From: Dicyema japonicum
Lineage: Eukaryota > Animalia > Dicyemida
Direction of reading: 5' to 3'
Assembly: GCA_011109175.1 (NCBI GenBank)
Contig: RDEW01000013.1
Coordinates: forward strand, 1,260,350 to 1,324,349
DNA length: 64,000 nucleotides
In this document: piece by piece, positions 27,713 through 39,299 of the stretch
How the letters are laid out: every line of letters starts with the position of its first letter
How positions within the stretch are numbered: position 1 is the stretch's first letter
Made by a program: the position numbers and the translations under genes
Notes under the pieces: generated by a model
What the model saw: only the letters and a program-made list of their open reading frames with translations
Databases searched by the model: none
Told to the model about the DNA's origin: nothing

Positions 27713-27998
27713 TTATTAACCCCGGATACACCGAGAAAGAAGTTAAAGTAACCAACTAATTGAGTGTATCCAGTTTCCACTATTACAGAAACAGAGTTCA
27801 TCCAGAATCAGCATAAAAGGTAAGACGTCCATTACATGCAGTTGTGGAAATCCATCCAGTGGAGTGGGGAAGAGCAAATGATCTTTTTTGTGCCGGCCTG
27901 GCACTGGGCGTCACCTAGACAGATGGATCACATGACGTCACTCTAATAGGAAGAGAGAGGAGGAACAGACAAGCAAGCATAAACTTTAATCAATTAAC
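27713..27998 (-). repeat. Copy 2 of ~285-bp family A repeat
   Basis: Nearly end-to-end alignment with 62202-62485. On the minus strand it ends GGGGTTAATAAAT followed by an A-rich stretch. Confidence 0.85.
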
Positions 27999-28230
27999 CA
28001 GTCTAATTTTTAAATTTTAATTTAAAATAATGCAAATAATGCAAAGCCATACTCCGAGGAAACTCGTTCGCAATCCACGCAGCAGGCTTCCTCAACTGAC
28101 ATTTGTTTAATTGTTAAAAAAATTTTTATTTTGAATTAAAATAATTTTGACATTTTTTGAAAAAAAAATAATGCAAATTCAGAAGATTAATAATTCCATT
28201 ATAATTTTGATTTTTTCTTATTTTCAATAA

Positions 28231-28796
28231 TTTTTTTTTTTAACATGAACAAAAATTTATTAACAATAAGATATTATTTATTAACTATGAGGGAGAGCGG
28301 CTGCTGACATCACGGAGTAAGCGTTTCCGCGAATAACAGCGATACCAATTCTTTGGCTCAGCCAGACCGCTTCCCGCACGTCTTTCTTGCGGTGGGCCAA
28401 TTTTCCCCCGATTTCCTTTAGGAAAGAGGCTGTAATACTTCCAGCCGCACCAGACGTCTCGATTGCTATCGGTACAAAACGGTAGCGGTCTCCAATTTCG
28501 CCATATTTTTTAATCTTGATTTTTTCGGCCAGATCGGCTGCCGATCCAGCAGACTGCGCCGAGCTGAGCATCATCGAGTTCGAGAAAGAATCCACAACAG
28601 TGCAGTCCCATACGGGCGATTTTCCCTCAGTGAACGGAAAGACAGTTAACCCATCCGGTCTTTTCCCATCTCCGCGGTCCAATCCCACAGGTTCCAATAT
28701 TGCAGGGAAGCCTGCCGCTTCAAGAGCTCGCAAGACAATGTTGTTCATAGCAGCATGGCGGGGTGCTCTGCCCGCACTCCTTTTGCACGAGAGCGG
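28231..28796 (-). mobile_element. 5'-truncated CRE-clade non-LTR retrotransposon 3' end (RLE endonuclease), intact ORF end
   Basis: SCKRSAGRAPRHAAMNNIVLRAL...EPVGLDRGDGKRPDGLT...WDCTVVD...KKYG...FVPIAIETSG...SQRIGIAVIRGNA is the typical CRE C-terminal RLE. A11 tail on the minus strand at 28231-28241. Confidence 0.85.
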
Positions 28797-29039
28797 GTGA
28801 GTTTGAATTATTAAATAATTAATTTTGAATTATTAAATAGCCGCGTAGCACCACATGCGCTACTAGTAGAAGCTGGATTAACTTAACGAATTGTTTACTT
28901 TAACTTTTTTTTCAGTATAACTGAAGTTAATAAATTAATTAAATTCACCGATTCTGAAGGTTCTTTATTTTACTTGATTCCGGAATTAGTAGAATGGTGA
29001 AACTTTCATATTGTTCCCCTTGCACGCTTATCTTAGGAT

Positions 29040-31570
29040 AAAAATATTCTGTAATCTTAGTGGGGCACCCGAAAAAGAGTTTATTGACATAATGAACTCT
29101 CACTACGTCCTTGATGAATTAAATTTCTCCATTGCACGTCGACAGTATGGATATCTGATCGTTGACGTTCCTAATAGATGAATATAAATAAAGAGCACCA
29201 CTGCATAATCTGCCTCTACATGTGTTTCAAGCACATCAGGGTCACTCAGACATTCATTAACGTATTGAAGTGGTTTTAGCTTATAATCTTTTCACTTTTT
29301 GCGCAGTAACAGTGGACTTTTTGAATGTCTTCTCATTCTTGTCATGAACGAGTACCCTCTGAATGATGGATAATGTAGTGACTTTTAGAAATGACAGAGT
29401 GTCTACGTTGGTATGGCTGGGAAGGTTGAGTTTTTCCGAGTAATTGATGACCCAAATATGCTAGGAGACTTAATAGTTCGTGAATTAACACATGACTAAA
29501 TATGTGGGATTAGTTTCGTCGTCGACCTTACTCGGTCTCATGTCGAGTATAAACACGACATTCTAAGAACTACCAGTTCCTTATTTACTAATGGTGTCAA
29601 TTTGTTGGCTAAATTTTAGGCCTTTATTAAAACACAGAATTCCATATAACGAGGATCGTGTGCATTTCAAGGTGGTGGTTGACGACATGACCAATGTTTT
29701 CAAGATTATTGATTCGCTGACCACGCGGAATATTTTTGTTGAAGATCAGAGTTATGTTGTCTCCGTTATTACCCTGTAGCCTCTGATGTTGTTTACTTTA
29801 GAACTTTGTTTGGAAAACCTCAGACTGAAAAATATGTTTGAAAATTTAACAAACGACTGTCTGATATTTTTGAATTTTTGTTGACATGCTCTGTTTCAGA
29901 ATAATGGTAACTGATGGAGGATATTTGCCTTATGAGAACATATTCTGCCACAGTAATCGTCGACTTTAGGACCAATTCGACTTCAAAAAAATCCCGATTT
30001 CCCATCAGAAATTACATCTAGCTGTTTTCTAATCACCCAAGTCATGATAAGTATTTCCCCTTTTACATGGAGACTTTTTTGCAGAATAAATCCCAGAAAT
30101 AATGACTTTGAGAAGACTTACTACCATCTTATTTCGACCTTAATCACTATTTCAGGAAATTTGCTGAGAATGTAATCCTCATCCATGCCTATCAAATTAA
30201 GAGTAATATTATCTCCGAAATATGTTGACACGTAGGAATTAATACTGTATGAGTGATTTTTATTGTAGTACACTACTTCTGTTATTAAGGATGAGGGGGA
30301 TGATCTATTTTTTGGCTACAATGAAACTCAGATTATGAAGATTAACGAAAAGGAGGTTATTGGAATAACTCTTTTTCTGCTAGTAGTGATGTACCTGAGT
30401 TATAAGAAAGAGCTATTTTAAGTTATTGGGCTTTCGAGTTGTGTTAACCACAGTGCTTTCTTTAATTTTGCTCCACATCAACTACCACTTGAAAGTTGAT
30501 CCGAACTATGCTCATATACCTGCAAAATATTTTTGAATTGTACTCCGCAACTGTTAGGGTATGGGGTCTACGGTAGACGATACTATTGTGATGACTATGT
30601 TTATGGAATTGTGGATTACATTCACTCTTCGTTTGATCAGATTAGCAATGTTAATAAGCGTGAATTGCCTCTATTTAAAAGACTGGGGACCATAATCGAT
30701 AATAGGTTGAATGAAATGAAGACAAATCCGGTGCACTAAGCCAAGTTTTTAAAGCTTATTTTTATCGTGTGGCCACTGAACTTGACTTTTAGAATTTACT
30801 GCTAAATTTGGTGATGAGGTTGATTCCTAAAGAGGATGATTACTCCAATATTGTGTGGTAGTATTATTTAGTCAATCATAGCCAATTTGCAAAAAATTTC
30901 TCTACTACTGATGATTTTGATGGTATAACTTTGATTGAAATTACCCGATTATTGATTTGGCGGTAATTTTAGACAATGTCTGGTGGATATGTGGAGGATG
31001 AGTTGTTGCATCGATAATAGAAGATGTAATTATTTCCTAACACTTTAGATTAACACTCCGTCATACAAAGTATAAATACCCCAATTATGATTCGATTGAT
31101 TTATGGCTATTAGTGAGCTCGCCAGATTACATAGACTGGGGTTACTTTGCATATATTTGTTACTACAGAACTGCAATAGCTTGGACAAAATGGAAGAATT
31201 CAGTACATAAAATTGTCAGTTTGATGACAGGGCTGTGAGAATTTAGGATTATTCTGCGTTTATCAACTAGTTAAGTATTCGAGGAGTAGAATTGTTCATA
31301 ACGATCTTGTCACTTCCACTCTGGATGAGTTTGATGATTTAATCTTCAAATCTGTGACCCATATTGATTTTGTTCTCACTTTAGGCTGCTCTGGGGTTAT
31401 TCATTGATGTCCTTACAATACATGTGGTCAACTATGAGGTCGAAAATACTTCACCCTTAGAGATCAACTTGATGATGAATTTACTTCTGGAAGAGACCTC
31501 ATTTTTAATGTGACAGGTTGCTGACGACTAATTTGCAGGTTAACCGAAGATGCAAAGCCTTGTCCAATAT
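29040..31570 (+). pseudogene. Unidentified multi-exon coding-like region with micro-introns
   Basis: Protein-like stop-free stretches (e.g. ORFs 29591-29779 and 30533-30739) separated by GT-AG micro-intron candidates 30247-30268, 31026-31048 and 31517-31538. No domain recognised; several frame breaks. Confidence 0.35.
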
Positions 31571-34500
31571 GTGAGGGTTGAACGAATTAAGAGTAATATT
31601 AAAGTGTCATAACATTTTCTCTCCCTCTTTGACTCCTTCTGCGTAGTTAATGTATGTATAAATAAAATGAGACTTTGGGTTGCCATACGTTTCCAAATTT
31701 GCTTCACTAGCGTCTCCATTGACGTCTGCTTGCGCATCTGTCCGTAGATCTTCTAGGTCTTCTGCAGATATAAGATTTCTTCCAATTCAATTAAGATCCT
31801 TCTTTAGAGCATTCGAGGATGATTCTAGGCCTTCCTCTGAACGATGTTTGTTTAATTGTTAAAATTAGTTTACATTATTATATTTGCAAGGGGCTTTTAT
31901 GTTTTTCTATGCACGTGCCCAAACAATCTCCGTCTTGTTTCAATAATGTCGATGCTTATGGCCTCCATTGTGCCTCAGACTATAATTTCTTTTTTGAAAT
32001 ATTTATGGTCCAACCTAGGCCCATTAAATTGCTTAATTGTTTTCGATGAAAAATATCCATTTTCTTAAGCTCTAGTGCTGTGACCCTCTATCTACCCGAG
32101 TTGTACTAAGCACCGGCTTTATGCGTTGTATAGTGTTATTCTTATTTTTTTTTATTAGTTTCGTCTACTTTATACTTTCTGCAAATTCTATATATGGAAG
32201 TGGCTAGAACTCTTCTATATATAATGTCCTCACTATCATCAAGTAAGGATCCAATTTCTTTTTTTCCTCAATTTTCATCATATATTTTAATTCCCTTGTA
32301 ATTTTTATGTGTTCAGTCTTTTCCTGATAAACTCGCAGAGACCAATTCTTAAATTCTCAGGGATTATTTCTAAAGCAAGTCCAAGTTCCAAATCATTTTC
32401 TGATATAAAATCTATGTCATCGGCATACATTTTGTTCTAAGAGCTCTCAATGCCGCTTCCAGGTATTCGACGATTACTATCTTCTTTATGTATCAAAAAG
32501 CATTATGTTGGAAAGGAATTAGTTTACTAGACCATGTGAACCAGTCTTTATTAAACACGTATATATTACTATTATTATTAAACCTTGGATCCATAATATT
32601 TACCACCTCCCAAATACCAAGATTCAAGATTACTCAATTGGTCTTATTGTGGGTCACTTTCATTCATTAAATATCGAAACACGTTTCTTTATCGCTCGCT
32701 GTGTTCACCTTCCATTATAGCAAGGACTAACTTAAATGTCATATATGATCTATCTTATGACGACGACTCGATCATCATTGCTCATCGTACCCTCGTCCAA
32801 TGAAGCAGACCTTGTTAGCTATAAAAGGCAAAAGAAGTTTTGAGACAAAAATGGAAAAATCCTTAAATTCATAATCAATAAATAGATTACTTCCACAGAT
32901 ATAAATATCCTTTTTTGTACTCCATTTATTGTCGACAGACAATAAATTAATCGCCAAAGGATTTATCTGGGACAACAAATTCTACTTTAATTTGAAATTT
33001 TTAACCTCATCCTAAAAACAGACGTATTTTGAGAACCTTCAATGACCTCTAAAAAACACGGGAGAATACCATCTATAGCTAAAGACCATAGCTGCATCAA
33101 AAATAAAACGACTTTATGTCTACGCTATGGACTCTCAAAGTAAACAAGATACAGGCCTGAGATTATGGGTTACTGAACTATTACTCTCGGTGGTTTCAGA
33201 ACATCTCTGGCAATAGCCACGGCCATATTCGAAGTCTCAAATTCAATTGAAACGAAACAGAAGTGGTCTCCAAACATGTTATAATTTTTTAGCATTGAAT
33301 ATCAATTTGTCATTTTTGATTCAATCAGTTCTTGTAATTTTTTTCTGAATCAACCTGGATGATAATCATGGATTTATAAAAAAATCAAATTTTTTTTATA
33401 TCATTAAAGTATATTAGTCTGAACTTGTTATTGGATTGATAGAATATTATCAATATTAGCTAATAATGAAAAGATTAAACGGACAGTATATGAAAGGCTG
33501 AGTGTGCGAAGATTTATGTAAAAAATCCCTATTTTTGGAATTACTATGGAAGATAATGTGTCCGAAGTCGGATGCAAAATGTTGTGTGCAAATACATTTA
33601 AATACTCCGACGAGGAATATTCTCAAGAAATTTGGACGCCTGACTTTCTCAGAAGCAATTTGTTCATATAATTGATCTTGAATATCTTGAGAAAGAATTT
33701 AGCGACAATTATGTCGACAGGGATCAAAACTATTTAATTTAATTGGGATAATGCTCAGGTAATTCATGTAATTTATAAATCTAAGGAAACCTATCCGTTT
33801 TTTAAAACATATTATATTCGATTCATTTCTTCATCGTTTTTTTAAATGAAATTATTCTTTTCATGTCAAGAGTAGAGATGTTTGATTCAGTTAGCCAACC
33901 AGGATATTATTTTAATCATAATAAATTTGAAATAACACCAAGTTTATCCCCAAAAAAAACCGTTTAAGTTAGTAAAATGTTAGTTAATCCGCAAAAACCC
34001 AATATATTGTACTTGTCCACAATGGCACTGCAGTCTGAAATAACATTATTAATTACATGTTTCACTTATCTGCTTGCTGTTTAGTCTAAATATATTACTT
34101 TCGAACATATACATGGTATTATTTCGGATACGCATGGAATAACTAGGTATATCTTCTGCATACCTATCATAATTATAATATCATACGCCTGTGCATTATC
34201 AAATGAATCCATGCACACGATAATACTTTATTATTATTAAAAATACTAATATAATTGAACAAAAATGGAACTAATTCTTAATACTTGAATAACTTGTATT
34301 CCCTCTGGAAAATCACTTAAAAAATTTTGAAAAAAGTTTACATATATTCAAGCAATGTTAAATCTCCAGCAAAATCGATTGCGATGTATACAAGGGAATA
34401 ACACTCATCAAAACGCCTATTAATTTAATAATATATATACAAGATATTTATAGTGGATGATAAACTATATTTGTTTACATATTTTAATTTTTTATCTATC

Positions 34501-37401
34501 ACACATAAACTACAATAAGTAATATTTATTACAATTCAAGCACATCCAGTTCAATAATAGAAAAATTGCCGTGTACAGATAAAATGTTTTGAATTACTAA
34601 TCTTCTAAAATGAGAATAATTGAGTAGGCCAGAAATTTTACAATTACTCAAAAATCTTAATAATTAATATTTAATACAGTTCTCCCCTCTGATCTATTTT
34701 TTCGTTTAGACAATTTTTCTGTGTCAAAATCCACAATGGAAGGTATAAGATTATGAAATTGAACATCTATAAGATTAAATACCAAAATGATGAATAAACT
34801 AGTAACCACAAGAAATTAAAATTATTGCATAAATTACAGTCGTTATAATTAATAATAATTTATTAAATAATCTATTTAATTAATAAAATTAAAATATAAT
34901 TTAATAAAATTCACTTAATATACAGGGTTTATCAATTTGTATAATACCTTTACCATGAAGATTGAAACTTTGCCAAAATTTTTAAAATCTCTGCCAAAAT
35001 TTTTAATAACTTTGTCAAAATGTTAAAAAATTGTGTCATAAAGTTTAATAACTTCTGAATAATTTTAATCACAAAATGCGAATTTCTTTTTAAGTGAATT
35101 CTGAAAAAGACTATAATGTTGATATACAAGGACAGTTTAAGGATTATACGGGTTCTATTTACAATCACGGAATTCGAACTATGTTATGTCTCAAAGCGCA
35201 CTGCAAATTTAAAACGCCGATTGGCTCTCCAGAAGTTTATTCAATATAATCAATTCTCTTGTGTTTATTTGGAAGCTATTCTTTGTTATCCAAGAGCTAA
35301 AAATTTTTCTATTTCTAAAATATGCGGATGACCTGATTTTGTTTTTGAAGATATCAATGATATCAGCATTGTTCTTAAACATGCTGCTGTTGGGAGAGTT
35401 GTCCCTGAATTAAACGAACAAAAAACGGACTTATTATAATCAACTTGGTATGATGAGATTTAGAAAATAGCAAAAAAGTAATGTTTTTGCTTGACGATTT
35501 GTAAGAGGTTCGACGAAGAAAGATTTCATAAAATACCACTAAATAGACAAAAATTGTTAATTCTGAGATCGTTCATGTTACAAGATAAGTAAAAGAAAGA
35601 CTTTACAATACTTTTGTCCTTTCCATACTAACTATTCATTTCGGGAACGTGGGAACTAACTCCGACATGTTTTGATAACATAAATGCTTGGAAGATTGAT
35701 TCATTGGGGAAATCACTGAGAATGTTGTTAAAAGTAAATCGATTTCCCTACCGTAAAATTAGGTCATAATTTTTTTTGATAGTAAAATTAGGTCAACCGT
35801 TGAAGTGATTATATATATTATTTGATGACAATAAATGCATTGTGTCATATTTTTATTCTGAATCAAACGTGAATCTATTAATGGATACACTCCCTACTCT
35901 TATTCTTTGTAACTATCAGGAACCCTGGAAGTTTGGACATTGTCTCAAACGACTAGCAGTTATTCAACGAATGCTTTGTTGAGTTTTTATCCATTTAACG
36001 AAATTAAAAATTTTCTGACTATGAATATGTGAATAGCAGCCTCGTTCGGTCTAGACCTTAAAGTTTGTGATAAACACAAATTCTGTTGTGGACATTGGAT
36101 TGGTCTATGTGATTATCATCCCTTGTCACGTATGCTGATTTATGGCTATTCCCCGGCATGTGGTCTGAACTTGACTTAAAAAATGCACTTTCCTCTGCCA
36201 GCCTTACTAGTTTCTCCCTTTGGGAGAACGATATTCCCATTCGCTAATGATCGAAACATGGATTGGATACAACTGTGTTAAAATATACTCTCCAAAAAAT
36301 TTGAATGCTTCAACCTAGGATCTATTCCAAACTTTTAAGTAGCCGAGGTTAATTAGGGTCAAATGATCTCGTGGGACTGATAGTTTGGAGATCGTATCTT
36401 ATAAGATGAACTATTCTGGCCATTTAAGTTGTTCTATATAAAAATTAATTTCACTTATCTAAGTTATCATTACGTAATCAACAATTAAAAATAGCTGTGA
36501 TTAACTGCAAGGAGAATCCTTCATCGAGTTAATTTGACACTTTCAGTGAATGTTTCTGAATCTTCTATTTCCAGCGAACCTATATGCGCTAAGAAAAAAA
36601 TGTCGAATTAGGATTATTATATGGATTGCTTTTTTTCGTCGACTTTTTGGGAAGATTTCTGTCGACTTGTTATCGGAAACATTTCAGCCGATTTGTCTCC
36701 TTCACAGTTGACAGTTTTGGTCAAAAGAGACTGTGAATCTGGGATCCATGCAAATATATAATTTGTGATCTGTGTCGTTCGATTTCGATATTATTATTTA
36801 TCATTAATAGCAATGTCCGCGGAACCAGAAAAGTTATTAATTTGTGATGCCACTTTAACCATTCGAATTCAATAATGAGGACAGTTTTTTTTAATTCCTT
36901 TAATTCGTTCCAGAAATAATAAGTGATTGAACCTTTGCTAATAGTTTTTGGCTTCTGAAACTAGAGTTTAGAAAAAGCGATCTTGTATATTATCGTTTAC
37001 GACTTTTTGTACAACGTATAATTACTCCATTTAATATTAGTTCCAGGACAAATATTATTTGTGTATGTCTGACCAAGTCTTTATAAGTAATCTAGATTGT
37101 TGAGTCATGTGAAAAATATGAAAATTCAAAGTCATCCACAGAACAATACGATTATTTTTACAGAAAAATGTGAGAGTTTTCTCTACCATCGGAAAATGCT
37201 ATTGGTGCCTTCTTGTCCTCTTCAATTCATCCAAGCCATTGGTGGATACTGTCCTCAACTTATATTCAGGACGAAATGCATTTCTGTAACCATTTAGATG
37301 AAAATTTAAAGGATTTTTGTATCATCCAAAAAATAGTATGAATCAGAGAGCATCTGAATTGTTTCTTTTCCAAGGAACAATTAATCTTTAGAAGGACATC
37401 G
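30941..37401 (+). repeat. Segmental duplication, copy 2 (pairs with 12876-18952)
   Basis: Collinear alignment with copy 1. Contains the same RTE remnant (~31580-32480, minus strand). Confidence 0.95.
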
Positions 37402-39240
37402 AACAAGTGCGTTTCTGTGACTAACGGAAACTCACTTTTGTGTATGTGGGTGGATGTGAAGAAGGCTTACTATTCAGTTGATTATTCTTACCTAGTCGAG
37501 TGCCTACACAGTCTGTGTATGCCTGTGTGGTTCATCAGCTTTGTAGTGGCTGTGATGAATAGGTGGAGTATTCATCTAACTATATTAGGCACCGGATAGG
37601 CGAGGTAAAACTCGAGAGGGGAATCCTTCAGGGGGGTTAGCATGTCTCCGCTGCTCTTTGTTCTCTGTTTGGAGCCATTGATTCGCGCTTCAATGACCGG
37701 TTTGAGCAAATACAGTTCATTGTGAGGGGGTTTGTTTCAATACAAATCACCTTCTTTTTATCGATGATTTGAAGATGTATGCTCGAACAGCCGAAGAACT
37801 TTACTCCATGGGGGTCTGTGTTAGGGAATTTTTTGAGAGTATAGAACTAGATTTGAATTATTCAAAGTCTGCGACTTGCACGCAAGTATGTAGCGAGTTA
37901 GCAAGAGTCCTAGAGGAACACGAAGGATATAATATCTGGGTGTTACCGAAACTTCAAAGTCCTTTATAATGCCTAAGACAAAGCGACAAATTACTGAGGC
38001 ATCCGTAAAAGAGCAGCAATATTATGAAAGACGTCTCGTCTCTTTGTTCTTAGCATTAAATGAGTAAGCTGTCTCGTTGCTAAACTACTACATAAGTGTT
38101 GTTGAGTTTGAGCCCAAAGAGTATGATGAGGTGGATGTTATGATCCGTGGAGTACTCAGAGAGAACCATGTCCATGTGCTGGCAGCCAATAAGGAGAGAC
38201 TATATTTACCCCGTGATAAATTCGGCCGTGGACAGTGTGGAGTAGTCCAACTAAGTGAGCGTAAGCGTTAATCGAATTAGAATATAATAATTTGATGGAA
38301 AAGATCAACTTAAAAAGCCTTCATAAGGTCCTTTTCAGAACATTGGACAACCCACAGTCGACCTTAAGTCGTCGACAATATGGCAAAAATACGGTGACAA
38401 CTCACCTTGATCGGAGGCGCTATACACGTATATGCAAGACCGCAATATTTTTTGGAGTCGATCAACAAATACATGTCCCCACTGTAAGTCAAGGAGCATG
38501 TCGGTTGATCATTTAGCCACTCGATGTGGATCCATGCTCTGCCACGACTATGTGTATAGGCATAACAAGGTAGTAAAGAGTCTTCATCTTCTACTATGCA
38601 AAAAGTATGGTATTCGCCACACCAGAAAGTTGCGGACTCATAAGGTGCAATCTGTAGTAGAGAACACCAGGGTCCAAATTAAGGTAGACAGTGTTATCCG
38701 TACCTCGGTGCTAGTCAAGCACAATAAACCGGACATTGTGATACACAGTAAGGAGTCTGGCCAAGTCCTTATCATAGAGGTTGGCATCACGTTTCAAGAC
38801 CGTTTACAGACTGTGGAGGTGGAGAAAAAAAAGTATGACTTGCTAGCAAACGAGATGGGACAGATGCTTGGTTGCAAAGTCCTCGTTACTCCAATAGTAA
38901 TGACGTGGAAGGAATTGCAACAAAGTACCACAAGGGTTATTTGAAAGCAGTTGGGGGTAGATAGGAAACTCCAGGCCTATATACAGTCCACATTATTAAA
39001 GCGGACCCTAGAGATCCTGACACTGGAGTATAAGAGGCAGAACCTAGAAATGCCATATGGGCAGAGGGTTCAATTGGACAAGGCGCTTTCGGAGTTGTTT
39101 CAGCAACCAAAATCGAACCTGCCTGAGAAAGCTGGCATACAGGCAGGCGAGGAAGGTTGTTGATTATTAAATATGAACATTTGATTGTTGGTTAAATTGT
39201 GGTTTATTATGAGATGAATAAATTTATAAATAAAATTAAA
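37402..39240 (+). mobile_element. R4/Dong-type RLE non-LTR element, copy 2 (3' half, keeps knuckle/RLE and AT-rich tail)
   Basis: Paralogous to 22181-23612. ORF 38432-38944 has CPHC...DHLATRC...YVYRHNKVV...KPDIV...IIEVG...KKKYD. Confidence 0.9.
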
Positions 39241-39299
39241 TAAAAATTAATTTATTATTTTTATATTAAATAATACACGAAAAACAAATTTATTCTTTA

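Noticed and set aside
34950-35168. Amphipathic-looking peptide LTKLLKILAEILKILAKF
   Set aside because: It arises from a ~21-nt AT-rich tandem repeat, and the frame is broken in the paralog at ~16810-16890.
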